From contig JAANOX010000228.1 in NCBI GenBank assembly GCA_020184695.1, positions 1 to 64,000 on the forward strand: a DNA stretch of 64,000 bases, in the 5' to 3' direction. The stretch's first letter is position 1. Every line of letters starts with the position of its first letter. The notes beneath the pieces were generated by a model that ran no database searches, had not been told where the DNA came from, and worked only from the letters and a program-made list of their open reading frames with translations. Positions 1 through 12,248 of the stretch are shown here, one piece after another. Source of the stretch: Histomonas meleagridis 2922-C6/04-290x (Eukaryota; Protista; Parabasalia). Position numbers and translations under genes: made by a program.

Positions 1-235
1 AAGGACGCCTGCGTCCAATTTGGTATATTTTAGTTTCAAAAATTCAAAGTAATTTTGTTAAAATTTAAATCATTTTTATAAATGTCGAATTATAAACCTG
101 AGGTTATAGAAACCTATTACAACAAAAATAGGTTAGATATTCCTGAAATTAGAAATTTAAAAAGATATAGAAAAACAGAGAAGAGTGTCATTTACAAATG
201 CAATTATATTTGAACAACCAATACCATTTTCAGCT

Positions 236-481
236 TTAAGACAAAATAGTGAAATATATGTTATACCTTATGAAAAAAAGAAAATAAATAAAATAAACAT
301 TATTTATTTGTTTATTTAATTCTTTAACTATTTTTTCTACTGACCATAATGAAGAAAAAACATTAGTAACATAAATTGTCTTTTTCGTATTGCTTTGAGC
401 ATTGTCAACAGGTGAAGTGTTAAAATTATTGAAATAATCATTATAGAAATCAAATGTAAAAAGAAATTCATCATCAGACAT
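236..481 (-). CDS. Short hypothetical ORF, possibly mobile-element cargo
   Basis: 81-aa ATG ORF in tandem with 512-982; low complexity, no recognisable motif. Confidence 0.25.
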   Translation of the reverse strand: MSDDEFLFTFDFYNDYFNNFNTSPVDNAQSNTKKTIYVTNVFSSLWSVEKIVKELNKQINNVYFIYFLFFIRYNIYFTILS

Positions 482-511
482 TAAAAAAATGAAGTGATTA
501 TTGTTTTTTAT

Positions 512-982
512 TCAAACTAGAGCTTTAAAATTATCAGGATCGATTGAATTCATGTCAAATACTGTTTGGAATTCATTATTATCAGGTATTTTATTTGAAA
601 TGAGTATATTATTAACTTCAGTGTTCGTTGATTCATATAGAAATGCATGATACCATCTTCCAAAATTACTCTCTAATAGAGTCAAATGAATCTCTAAATA
701 ATGAATATTATTAGTAAGTGGTGGCTTTTTGTTATCAGTTATTGGTACTGAAACTTTGATATTTCTTTGTTTGAAGAATTCGATCAACTCTTTATGAACA
801 AAATAAAAATCTTGGAAATTTCTATGTTTGATGATCATGCCAATCGGTTTGATTATAAAATTGTTAAAATTGCCAAGTTTGTCATCTTTGGGTTCAAAAA
901 ATAAAGCAACCGCTATAGCATCTGGATCTTTTTCTTTCATGAAATCTGCAAGTTTTGTAACTGAATAGTAATCTGTATTCAT
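512..982 (-). CDS. Hypothetical protein (156 aa), possibly mobile-element cargo
   Basis: ATG-initiated ORF with globular-looking composition; no family recognised; lies next to the GC-rich hairpin complex. Confidence 0.5.
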   Translation of the reverse strand: MNTDYYSVTKLADFMKEKDPDAIAVALFFEPKDDKLGNFNNFIIKPIGMIIKHRNFQDFYFVHKELIEFFKQRNIKVSVPITDNKKPPLTNNIHYLEIHLTLLESNFGRWYHAFLYESTNTEVNNILISNKIPDNNEFQTVFDMNSIDPDNFKALV

Positions 983-1320
983 AAAGAGTGAAGTGATGAT
1001 GTGACATTTTTAAAATTGTGTATTCTGACCATTCGTTTATAAAAATAAAGTTTGCCATGCGACCAAACAATATAACCGTCGCTTTTTGACTACAAACCTC
1101 TGACCAAAGATAAATTGAATAGGATAAATGTCCGGCCAAACATAACCGGGGACATTTTGCGCTGGTTATACGAGGTTTTTGATAGGTTTATGCGAAAAGT
1201 GGCATAAAAAAAGTGCTATCGTCCCTATGAAAAAAAGTTTCGCGTTCTCTCAAAATTGAATGCTCATTCAAATTTTTCTATCGAATTGTATGGCTCACAA
1301 AAATCATTTTGATTTTTGTT

Positions 1321-1509
1321 GCGAGCGGAGCGAGCACACTCGGGGGATTGAAGGGGTCTGAGACCTCCGGAGGGGTCCGAAGGGCACCTCCGGGGGTCGA
1401 AGACCCCGGAAATCCCCCCAGTGAAAAGTAAAGGTCGGGAATGATCACGAGGTCCCTAGGGGCCCCGCCCCCGGCGGGGCCCCTAGGGACCTCGTGATCA
1501 TTCCCGACC
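1321..1509. repeat. GC-rich multi-hairpin complex with a perfect 37-bp inverted repeat
   Basis: 1433-1469 is the exact reverse complement of 1473-1509, with a 3-nt loop (CCC). Upstream are nested stems GGGGGATT/AATCCCCC, CCGGAGG/CCTCCGG and GGGGTC-GAA-GACCCC, preceded by GCGAGCGGAGCGAGC. Confidence 0.9.
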
Positions 1510-2579
1510 GCATTATATACCTACCTTTTAACGTACAATTCCCGACCGTTTATTTATCGGAGCATGTTCCAAAAAACGTATTCAAGTTTGGGTCACCCCG
1601 GATGCACTTTTGTCAAAACCTCCGTGTCTCCAGGTGGGGTTACATTGTTTGCGTTCACACACATTCTAATTTATTCTAGTGAACCAAATACTTAAATGAT
1701 TATTTCACTCAAAGTAATATCTCAACATTTGTTAGACTTTCATATGAGTTTTTAGTCATGTTTACAAAGAAATTCTTTCCTTGTAATGGAATTTTATCAC
1801 CACATATTATATCAGTTTCTAATGATGAAGGCATTGGTCAAACAAATTGGGGTATTATCCATAAGTTTAAGAATGGGCATAAGTTTTCCAAAATTTTGGT
1901 CTCAGCCTTGAATTGTGATGAACATTTATTAGTATTGCTGAAAGCGGTTGTGCATATTGTTGTGACACTGTAAGTGGAATTACCAATGCAACATCTTTTA
2001 TGGGTTATACTTGGATCATATCAAATCCTGTGTATACTAATTTTTCTTCAAAAATAGAACATAAATACATTTCCCAAAAATTAATTAATAAACAAATATA
2101 TGCAATTAAAAAACACAACTATATTAATGTTATATACATAAATATTTTATAATATCTTAATATAATTAAAAAGAAAAATCGATACGCGCATGTCCTTACA
2201 CCTACATTTAAATTTCTTGCCCAAATGGATAATCTCTTTTGCAAGAAGAAACACTAAGTTTTACATCAGCTTTTCCACCATAATGCCCACAAGTGAAACA
2301 ATAGAAAGGACTTTCACTAAATCAGAGCTAATCATCATTATATGTTTCGCTGTAACATTAGATTTGATTATGGTCGATAATATCATCATAATCTTTCACA
2401 AACAAAAGAGTTCACTCCATATTGAGGAGGCAATTGGCGACGCGTCGTTTACAATAAAAGAACAGAAAGAACTCATGAAGCCGTACACGAGCTGGTGCAG
2501 AACGAATTACTTCTTTAATTAAATAATTTTTTCCGCTTTCCTTCACATTTTATTTATTTTTCACATTTTTATTTATTAA

Positions 2580-4580
2580 TTACTTTGACACTGCCGAAAT
2601 GAGCACTTCGTCGGACATAAATTGATTGCTCTTTTTCCTCTTAAGTGCCCAAACAGTTATTCCAATAATTATTGCAACTAACGCGACGACTCCAATTGTA
2701 ATTCCAACAATCATTCCAATGTTACTGCCGCCACTATTGCCGTCGATTTTTTCATCTTTTGGACATCCGTCCAAAATGACACCTTTTGCTTCTACAAAAT
2801 CTGGAAATTCGCCTTCGAAATCATATGGCAACATAATTGATACTGTTGCCAAACCGTAAAATATATTATCTGAACAATTTGTTGGTGGACGATGACCGTG
2901 ATAATAAATACATTTTAAGTTTTTACATTGATAAAATGAAAGCGTATTAAATGTTTGGACATTTTCTTCGATAAATACACTGACTATGTTGTCACAGCCA
3001 GAAAACGCATAACTACCAATGGCTGTGAGGTTTAATGGGGTTTCATATGTTGAATCTGTTTTTCCAGATGGATAAATAATAATCGATTGAAGCTTTCCTT
3101 GGTCATCTTTACTGTAAAGGATTCCCTTGTTGTCATAGTTGGTGTAATATTTGTTTTCATTCGAAATGGTGACAGATTTGATCTTGGTGCATTTTGAAAA
3201 TGGATTATTTCCAATCTTCTTAATAAAATTGGGTAATACAATTTCGCTGGGTAATAAAATACAGCCTTCAAATGCTTGATCAAGAATCTCTTCAAGACCA
3301 TCATTAAGTTGAATCGTTGCAAGTTCCTCACAGGAACTAAACGATGTTGGACCAATGGTTTTAACTGTGTTTGGTAATGTTATGCTACTTAATGCTGTCT
3401 TAGAAAATGAACTTTCGCCAATGCTAACTAAAGTGTTACTAAAAGTAACGGTCTCCAATTTGTTGCACGTTGAAAAAGTGAAGGATTCAATACTTTTGAC
3501 TGTGTTCGGGATTTTGACACTTTTTAGTGAGCTACAAGCATAAAAAGCTGAAGATTGGATTTCTTCAAGGCCTTCATTTAGGACAAGTGACTGTATATTG
3601 ACACAGAAAGAAAAGGCTTCAGAACAAATTTTCGTAACTGTACTTGGAATTTCAATCTTGGTAAAACTTGTACTCATAAAAGCTCCATAACCAATTATTC
3701 GGACATTCTTTGGGAAGGTTATGGACTCTAAGTAAAGGCAATTTGAAAAAGCTCTCGTTGGAATTTCTTCAATTGAATCTGATAGAATTGCAGATTCTAT
3801 CTTGCAATTTTCGAAAATACCTTCTCCAATACGTTGAACTGAGTTAGGAATTGTAATAGTTTTAAGTGACTGACATTGAATAAAAGCATGATTACCAATA
3901 TATTTGAGATTTTCAGAAAAGGTAATTGTTCTTAAACTTGAACAGAAACCAAGTGCATAGTTGTAAATATTCTCAAGGTTTTGATTCATGGTGATTGTTT
4001 TTAAGCTACAAAAGGCAAATGAATAATTATATATTGAAGTCACAGTGGCAGGAAATTCAAATGCTTCATTCACAATACCTTGAGGATAACATATAATTGA
4101 AGTAATGTCATGATTATATAGAATTCCATCATCATTAAAATTAGCATAATTTTGATTTTCCTTATCTACTTTGATTTCACAAAGCAATGAACATCCAGTA
4201 AAGACACATTCTCCAATTGAAGTAACAGATTTAGGAATTGTGACTAATTGCAAAAAAGAACATGAGAAAAATGCCATGTAACCAATAGCCTCCACACTAT
4301 CTCCAATTGTGAGGGTGTCTAAACTGGTACAGCCATAAAACGCTTCAGATTCAATAGTAGTAATCGTATCACCAATAATCGCTGTTTCAAGTTTGGACCA
4401 TTTGTTGAAAGCTGATTTTGGGATTGTGGTAACATCATTATAAAATTTTAATGCTTTTGTTTTAGATTTGTAATCTTTATACGTTCCTGACTCAAATTCA
4501 CTATTACTGACAATTAAAGTGGCATTTGCTTCTATGAATATTTGATATGCGTGAATCCCGAAAAGAATCAAAAAAAGCAT
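2580..4580 (-). CDS. BspA-like leucine-rich-repeat (LRR_5/TpLRR) type I membrane protein
   Basis: Hydrophobic N-terminus, repeated LxxIxIPxSVxxIGxxAFxxC units, C-terminal TM helix followed by KRKK. Confidence 0.92.
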   Translation of the reverse strand: MLFLILFGIHAYQIFIEANATLIVSNSEFESGTYKDYKSKTKALKFYNDVTTIPKSAFNKWSKLETAIIGDTITTIESEAFYGCTSLDTLTIGDSVEAIGYMAFFSCSFLQLVTIPKSVTSIGECVFTGCSLLCEIKVDKENQNYANFNDDGILYNHDITSIICYPQGIVNEAFEFPATVTSIYNYSFAFCSLKTITMNQNLENIYNYALGFCSSLRTITFSENLKYIGNHAFIQCQSLKTITIPNSVQRIGEGIFENCKIESAILSDSIEEIPTRAFSNCLYLESITFPKNVRIIGYGAFMSTSFTKIEIPSTVTKICSEAFSFCVNIQSLVLNEGLEEIQSSAFYACSSLKSVKIPNTVKSIESFTFSTCNKLETVTFSNTLVSIGESSFSKTALSSITLPNTVKTIGPTSFSSCEELATIQLNDGLEEILDQAFEGCILLPSEIVLPNFIKKIGNNPFSKCTKIKSVTISNENKYYTNYDNKGILYSKDDQGKLQSIIIYPSGKTDSTYETPLNLTAIGSYAFSGCDNIVSVFIEENVQTFNTLSFYQCKNLKCIYYHGHRPPTNCSDNIFYGLATVSIMLPYDFEGEFPDFVEAKGVILDGCPKDEKIDGNSGGSNIGMIVGITIGVVALVAIIIGITVWALKRKKSNQFMSDEVLISAVSK

Positions 4581-5000
4581 GCTTTCTTGTGTTTTGTGAC
4601 TTGACTTTTTTTAAAGGCCCATTGAAATATTTCTTAAAATTTGTGAACATAGCTGTTCAATAAAAACGATCGATTCTGACTTCACCTTTCCCCACTTTTC
4701 GATTGAATTCATATGAACTTTTTGTATGATTGAACAACAGAGCACCCCAAAACTTTCACCTAATGAAACTTTTTGAAGATATCAATAAATACTTTATATT
4801 AGCTTAGATCAATAATATAATGAAAGAATGCTTATTTCGTAGGTTCAAAATGAAAATAAGTGAATAAAACTAATTGTTACTTATGAGGAACTATATTCAT
4901 TAGAACACTTTGATTGATACCAACATATTTCGTACATAAGCGCACAAGAGATTTATGATTTTTCTTTGTTTTTTTTTTAAGATGAAATTATTAATGTGAT

Positions 5001-5384
5001 TTATTTACGGCGGCGTGTATTGTCCCTAACAGCAACACCTTCCATTTCACCAAGACCAATTGCAGCAAGCATAGCTTTGGTGTCGGCATCAATACTAATA
5101 TTCGGTTGATCGAGTTGTGAAATCTTTGGCATCCAGTTATCACGTTTTTCACGTTCTTCTTCTTGAAGCTTAAAGGAAATACCACGAACAGGACCACGTT
5201 CAAGGCGGCGCATTAAATGTGTAACATAACCAGCAATCTTATTTCTCATTCTCTTTGATGGGATTGTAGCAACTTCATCACAAACACGTTTGTTATCTTG
5301 AAAATCAAAACTGAGTTGACCGTAGAAACGTTCAATTATAAGACGTGAAGCTCTTTTTGTAGTCTTTGTTCTAATGCGACCCAT
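5001..5384 (-). CDS. RPS17: 40S ribosomal protein S17 (eS17)
   Basis: [21 protein letters not shown]...[33 protein letters not shown] signature; true ATG taken at 5384. Confidence 0.97.
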   Translation of the reverse strand: MGRIRTKTTKRASRLIIERFYGQLSFDFQDNKRVCDEVATIPSKRMRNKIAGYVTHLMRRLERGPVRGISFKLQEEEREKRDNWMPKISQLDQPNISIDADTKAMLAAIGLGEMEGVAVRDNTRRRK

Positions 5385-5505
5385 TTCGGAAAGGCCAAAC
5401 AAAGATAGTCAAATTCCATCACATGATAAAAAGTGACATCAACGGAATAAACGGTTCCTGTTATTTTAACGTTCGTTTTAGGTGCGACTTCCTTTCTTCA
5501 CTCGA

Positions 5506-6705
5506 ATGGAAGCTCTGCATCAGCTATGTAATAAGCTCTCGGAATTGTTCCAACATATCATTGAGAATAAAGATAATCCGAATACACAAGTACTTGAAGA
5601 ACTAGTAAAAACAAGTCAAGTTTTTGCAACGATTTTAAGGAAAAAACCAGAACTTTCTGAAGATGAATACGTAGTAGAAATATTGGAAATTTATTCAGGT
5701 GTTTATGAAAATGATTGTCCAAATATTTACAAAGCTTGCTCAGATGTTGTTAAATCATGCTTAAACTCATTATCTGGTGATAAACTCAATAAGATGTGGA
5801 ATACTTCAAATGAAACAAGCTTATGTTATTATATATCAGTTGTAACAGCAATTGAAAATGTTCCATTTTGTCAAAAATTCCTTTTTTGGATCGAAAATCC
5901 ACAAATTGATATTCTCTGGTTTAAGAGGTTTGTAGGGATTTTAAAGAAGCAATCAGTTGATATTTTTGAAACAAAGTTAATTAATGAATTTCCAAAATAT
6001 CTTGTAGATCGTAATCCTCTTAAGTCCACACTTTGTTATCTATTTTTAAATTCATTTTCCAAAATCAATTCAAGCATTGCTTTATCAATCACTTCAGCAT
6101 GGCTTTCTGTAGAACAAAAAACTCAACATGCAGCAAACCATTGTCGCCTAATTCTCAAAAACGCCCCTAAAAGCGTAATTAATCTCATTTCAACCTTAAC
6201 ATTCGACTTCCCAATCATTTTGCCCATCATCCCTCCAACCGCCGATGGCTTTCAAATGCTTTCAAATACGACGGTTCACCGCATCAAAACGTTTGATGCA
6301 CAAAATCTTCCCCAATTTCTCGAGTTGTGCGACACGAAAGTACGCGAAATTGTTAAGAAAGATCACATTGACATACCACCAGAACTCCGCATATATGATG
6401 CTGCATTTTCTAATGATCTCAAAACTAAAGAAATCGAATCTTTATTTAACTCAATCGATAGTACTGACTTTTATACTTCTGCATTACTTTTCGCTCGATA
6501 TACGCCGATTTCAAATGCGGCAAAACATATGAATCATGAAGTTGTTCAATCAATAAGGAAAATGATCGAAACGCCGCCTTCGCTAACAGCAGCATATGTT
6601 CCAAGTTCAGAAATCGATCAATCACTCATAGATTCGATTCATGAAATGATCGAACATAATCAAATTAATGATTTGTTGAAAGTAATTCCGAATCGAATCA
6701 TTTGA
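5506..6705 (+). CDS. Hypothetical alpha-helical protein
   Basis: Long ORF divergent from RPS17; first ATG at 5506; no motif recognised. Confidence 0.8.
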   Translation: MEALHQLCNKLSELFQHIIENKDNPNTQVLEELVKTSQVFATILRKKPELSEDEYVVEILEIYSGVYENDCPNIYKACSDVVKSCLNSLSGDKLNKMWNTSNETSLCYYISVVTAIENVPFCQKFLFWIENPQIDILWFKRFVGILKKQSVDIFETKLINEFPKYLVDRNPLKSTLCYLFLNSFSKINSSIALSITSAWLSVEQKTQHAANHCRLILKNAPKSVINLISTLTFDFPIILPIIPPTADGFQMLSNTTVHRIKTFDAQNLPQFLELCDTKVREIVKKDHIDIPPELRIYDAAFSNDLKTKEIESLFNSIDSTDFYTSALLFARYTPISNAAKHMNHEVVQSIRKMIETPPSLTAAYVPSSEIDQSLIDSIHEMIEHNQINDLLKVIPNRII

Positions 6706-7778
6706 CATTGTTTTTATTTCTGTAAATCCTGAAACATCAGATAAAAAATATTTCGAATTATACAATTTGTGACATATTTGTGTTAGGTTAGCCTAATAAT
6801 GTTATTCATAATGTAATGTATAATGTTATTCATTAATCTCATTCATAGATAACAATAAATGATCAATAATCAATGATAAATATAATATTTATTATTAAAT
6901 GTTGATGAATGATTTAATTAATACAGCTGTATGTAAATAACCAAAAATTGAATGAAAATAAATTTGACACAACACTTGATTTGAATTATTTGTGCCCTAA
7001 TTATTTTTTTGAACCTATAGGGGGTCCTGGTGTGATGAGCACCAAATTAAATTTACTTTTTCTCTACATATATATTAGTAAAAACATTTCAAACTCATAA
7101 AACATATCTATTATGATATAGAGATTATTTTGAGCATTGGTTTTTTTAAAAAATTAGAAATCAAATAATTATTCCTTTTTTTTTGAAAAATTTGGTTTTT
7201 AGATATTTTTCGGTGAATATATATTTTTTAATTAAAGTCTGATAATTTGTATATAATTTAATTTTTTTTTATTAAGTATTCATTTGAAAATGCAGATATT
7301 TACTTTTATTAAGTGAGACATTTACTTTCGTGAAGCTAGATATTCTTTTACGAGAGCATTCGTAAACTTCTCAATTTTGGATATCCAAAAGTAAATATTT
7401 ATTTTTGTAAAGCCAAACAAAGAGCAAACAGCTGTAATAAAATAATAAATGTTCAAAACGTATTATGATAAATAATAATGAAAGAATAGAACAATTAATA
7501 ATGAATGAATGTATTTATTAGTATGTATTATTTATAATAATCATTTAAATTTTTAATGCAATCAAATTGAAACTTCAAAATATGATTTAATAAAATTATT
7601 GAAATTATTAATCTATTTTTTTTTTATGGAGATATTTTGAGTCAAATATCGTATGTCATATTTTTTGGAATGTGTTGTTTTTCTCACTTGGGAATTGAAT
7701 GTAACCAATTTATTTGAAAAAAATTATCATTTCTTCCCATGGATACAAGATATTTTAATCAAAAAATAAAAAAAAATA

Positions 7779-8584
<806 letters not shown>

Positions 8585-8938
8585 TTATAGATAAATGTAT
8601 AAGAATGTGTAGATTTGATTAATGCTATTGTAATTTTAAAATAAAAATATTCTTTTTAAATGATCTCATATCATATTAGAATAAATTTTTTGAAGATTTA
8701 ATATCGAATTATTTTATTATTACTCAATATAAGCGAGAATATATATTAATTTTATTGAGAATATTGAGTTTGATTTTTTAAGTTTAAATAATTGGAATTT
8801 TTTAGAGTTATATCAAGGTTCATTCAAAGTCGTATGCGTATATGAATAGTTCTTTACGAAAAGCGCGTATAAAAGTGCGTATGCATTCCACAGTCCCCTG
8901 AAATGAGTTGGAAAGAAGAAAAATGTTTTATTAAGAAC

Positions 8939-9211
8939 TTATGAGGATTTTTGATAGTCAATTTTCAGTCGAATGTCCAAGAATTCCGGATCACATAATT
9001 GGGAATATCCTCCCATGCGTCTAATAGGATTATTGTAGTGACTTTTTTTTAAATTGCCAAAGATGCTGTCTAACGGTTCCCACCTGGATATTTCTTTTTG
9101 TAGAATAACTTTGAATATCATCATCTCTGTGTAATGATTGAAGATCCCATAACAAATAAGCATATCTTTCATCAATTTAAATATTGTTTTGACAAAACCC
9201 CAGTTGCCCAA
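8939..9211 (-). pseudogene. Possible transposase-like fragment
   Basis: GTG-start ORF fragment with WGFVKTIFK..YGIFNHY, loosely like ISXO2/Merlin C-terminal motifs; weak. Confidence 0.2.
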
Positions 9212-9483
9212 CCTGCTTCTAAATGCATTATAAGTAAATTTCCTTTTGCAATATATTTTATTTGATATTTTCGATATTTTTCTTCATAGCAATTTGTTTT
9301 TCCAGTTGCTATTATTATTGAACATTTTTCTCCTTCTCCTTGTTGGGACCTTGAGTAAATTTAAGATGTTCTCCAATTTTTCTTTCTTATCACCACCAAG
9401 TCTATCATAATTATTATGTCGTACGGGCAGAGTAACCGGAAAATTCACATGTGTCAGGGCAACCTTGATTGGAAGGTTTATTA

Positions 9484-10675
9484 TAGTGGACTCAAAGTTC
9501 GTTGATAAAATTTCGATGAAATTAAGAAAAAATTATCGTTTATATATTTAAATTTTTCAAAAAAATTTATCAACCGACTTTGAGAAAACCGTTTATTAAA
9601 GGTGAAGAATCGTGTTCCCTTGATTAGCTACGCAAGCTTGCAGCTCAGCTGGCATCGAAAGTACCAATCTATTAATTGTCTCCAGCGATAGGTTATTCCA
9701 TACATCAATGATTACGTTTTTGAGTTCATCAATCGATCTTATAATTTTTGCTTCCAATCTTCTCTTCATGATTGCCCAGACAACCTCTATGATATTTAAA
9801 TCAGGAGAGTATGGGGGCCAATCATCAATGAACAGAACATCTAAGTAATCCAGAGATTGGATTACATCATTTGCAATATGTGGTCTAGCGTTGTCCTGTT
9901 GTAGCACCCACTGTTCATGCCCATAAACATTATCTGCATCCGTAAGAAGACCACTCCCTATGATAATTTGTTCAAAGTATATATCTGAACTGACAGGACC
10001 TTCAATAAAGACCAGTTTTGATTTAAAATTCAAACCAATGGCACCCCTAATCATTACCTTTTTTGGGTGTGCTACTTTTTCTGCACATACCATTGGAGAA
10101 TAGTCATCTACATGCCGCCATAACCATCTACGGTTTCGATCTAATTCAAACCAACTTTCATCAGAAAACACTACGTTATGAAAAGTTGTTCCGTTCTAAA
10201 TATGAAATTGACACCAATTAACCCTTGTAATTTTGACATGATCGTTTGACTTGACTACAGATCTAGGTGGCGCATATTTTATTCTAAGTTTTTTTCTAGC
10301 TGAACCAACAGTATTAGCTGAACAGTGTTTGATGTCAGGAAAAGTTTCAACCAATTAATCAGCAAGTAGTTTATTTGTAATATAATGATTATTTAATGTT
10401 TGGACCTCAATAAATATTTCATGGTGCTTTTTGATGATTGGTTCTGGTCCAGATTTTGCAATATAAGGAGGAGGATGTTGGATGAAATTTAAAGCTGTTT
10501 TCACAGTATTATATGTACATCCTACATATGAGACAGTTTTATAAATTTTGCCACTAAACTGTTCAATGCATAGTTTTCTTAAAAAATTATAGCGATCTTG
10601 AATCTGCATAGACATGATAGCCTTGTACATTTATTGATTGAAAAATTGAACTGTTAACCGATTTTGAGCTCACTA
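9484..10675 (-). mobile_element. Tc1/mariner-superfamily DNA transposon (~1.19 kb)
   Basis: Imperfect TIRs (TAGTGGACTCAAAGTTCGTTGA versus reverse complement TAGTGAGCTCAAAATCGGTTAA); TA duplication at 9482-9483 and 10676-10677; internal DDE transposase. Confidence 0.88.
9596..10630 (-). pseudogene. Tc1-type DDE transposase with two in-frame stops
   Basis: 345 codons in one frame; FSDESWF, QQDNARPH and WPPYSPDLNIIE motifs; 35 residues between the second D and E; TAA at 10355-10357 and TAG at 10196-10198. Confidence 0.9.
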
Positions 10676-10735
10676 TAAATAAGAGTAGATAAAAATGCCA
10701 GAAAGGTTTTTCATGGCATTCATTTCATTTTCATA

Positions 10736-11951
10736 ATGAAACAAGGGTGTAACTCTCAGCCGACCTATAATTCAATCACAACTTCTATTGTATGTGAAAA
10801 TAAAACTACAGATTTTGTTCATGACCCGAGACTTTTCAAACAAGCATTAGCACCATCGAAAGGAAAGCGTGTAATTTTTGTTACATTATGTGGTTCTTTC
10901 CAAACAGGTAAATCATCAACTATTAAAAAGTTAACAGGTGACAGAAGTAATTCAATTCAAATTGGTGATGGAATACGTGAAACCACACGCGGTGCATTTG
11001 TTTATGGCCCATATTCATATAGTGGTATTCGCACGCGATATTGACTTGATGTCAGGAGTGACGATTTAGAGACGTATTTTGTAGATACTGAAGGGTGCAA
11101 TGGCTTTTTAACAGGTGGTAATAATGCAGAAGCGAATACATTTCTTTTAAGTCAACTTATTGCACCTTATGCAGCACTTTCTAATGTACTTATTTCAATA
11201 CTCAAAACATCAATGACGAGTCAAGAAGTGGACGCATTAAATACGATGTTTGGTATTATTGAAAGTATTCGACAAGGCACAGGAAGAGATGTCACTCGTT
11301 TAATGGGCGTTTTTACAAATGTTGCTGGATATGATCCACATAATAATTTCGATAAAGCACAAGAGAAAATATCAAAGATAATGCGCGCAAAATTTCAGAA
11401 AATAGATCTTCATGAAATCATTCCACTTCCTCAATTTAATATAAATAATGACATCTTTCATCAATCAAAACAATTTGATGATGCTTTTGATATCTTCGCA
11501 CAACATTTAATTCAACAAATTGATGAATCCCTTCAAACATCTATTCTTGATGCTGATTCAGCCTGCGAAATATTTAATGCATTAATTAAACGAACATCGA
11601 AAGAAGATCTTACAGAAGTCGTACGAAATGCATTTAAAGGAAAGAAATCATCAGAAACAAATTATTCGAAACAAGTTCAAGATATAATCGATAACAAAGG
11701 TGAAATACATCCAAAGTTTAATTGATGATTGTAAGTTGTGTTTACTCACTAATTCAAGTATTACTGTTCCATTTATTGATATGAACTCAATTACAAATGA
11801 CGCTGTTCAAGAACTTCGTTCAATTACCACAGAACATGTCGAAATCACCAAATTTGCTGAAGAATTTCAAAGAAGAATTTCACCAAAATATCGCGAACTT
11901 AGCGAACACATGATGAAAATTCAAAAGAAAATTAAAGAATTTTATGAATAA
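10736..11951 (+). pseudogene. GBP/atlastin-like large GTPase, disrupted copy
   Basis: G1 GSFQTGKS and G3 DTEG motifs; TGA at 11042-11044 where the paralog has GGA; +1 frameshift near 11697. Confidence 0.85.
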
Positions 11952-12248
11952 AAGTTATAGCAAAATGAAACATCTTTTTTAATACGAAATCAATTTCTAA
12001 ATAAATAAATTATTTGTTTAAAACCAAAATTATAAAAATTCAAATGTGAATGAAAAGGTTTAATGATTGGAAAGTAGACACTAAGATGTAAATAATTTTT
12101 TAATTCCAGTAATTATCTTTGAATTTGATATCAAACTAACTATTTTATCAAATATATCTCCGATTACTGAACCATTTTGTTTGTTTATTTCAGCTATATG
12201 TTTAGCTTCGTTTCTTAACGCAACAATTTTGCTATCGATTATTTCATC

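Noticed and set aside
2190-2522. 110-aa ORF on the + strand
   Set aside because: No recognisable motif, codon pattern unlike neighbouring genes, and it converges on the BspA 3' end; not supportable.
6960-7700. Possible degenerate non-autonomous transposon (GGGGGTCC and GATATTTT-type motifs)
   Set aside because: No matching termini were found by eye; it cannot be supported without a repeat library.
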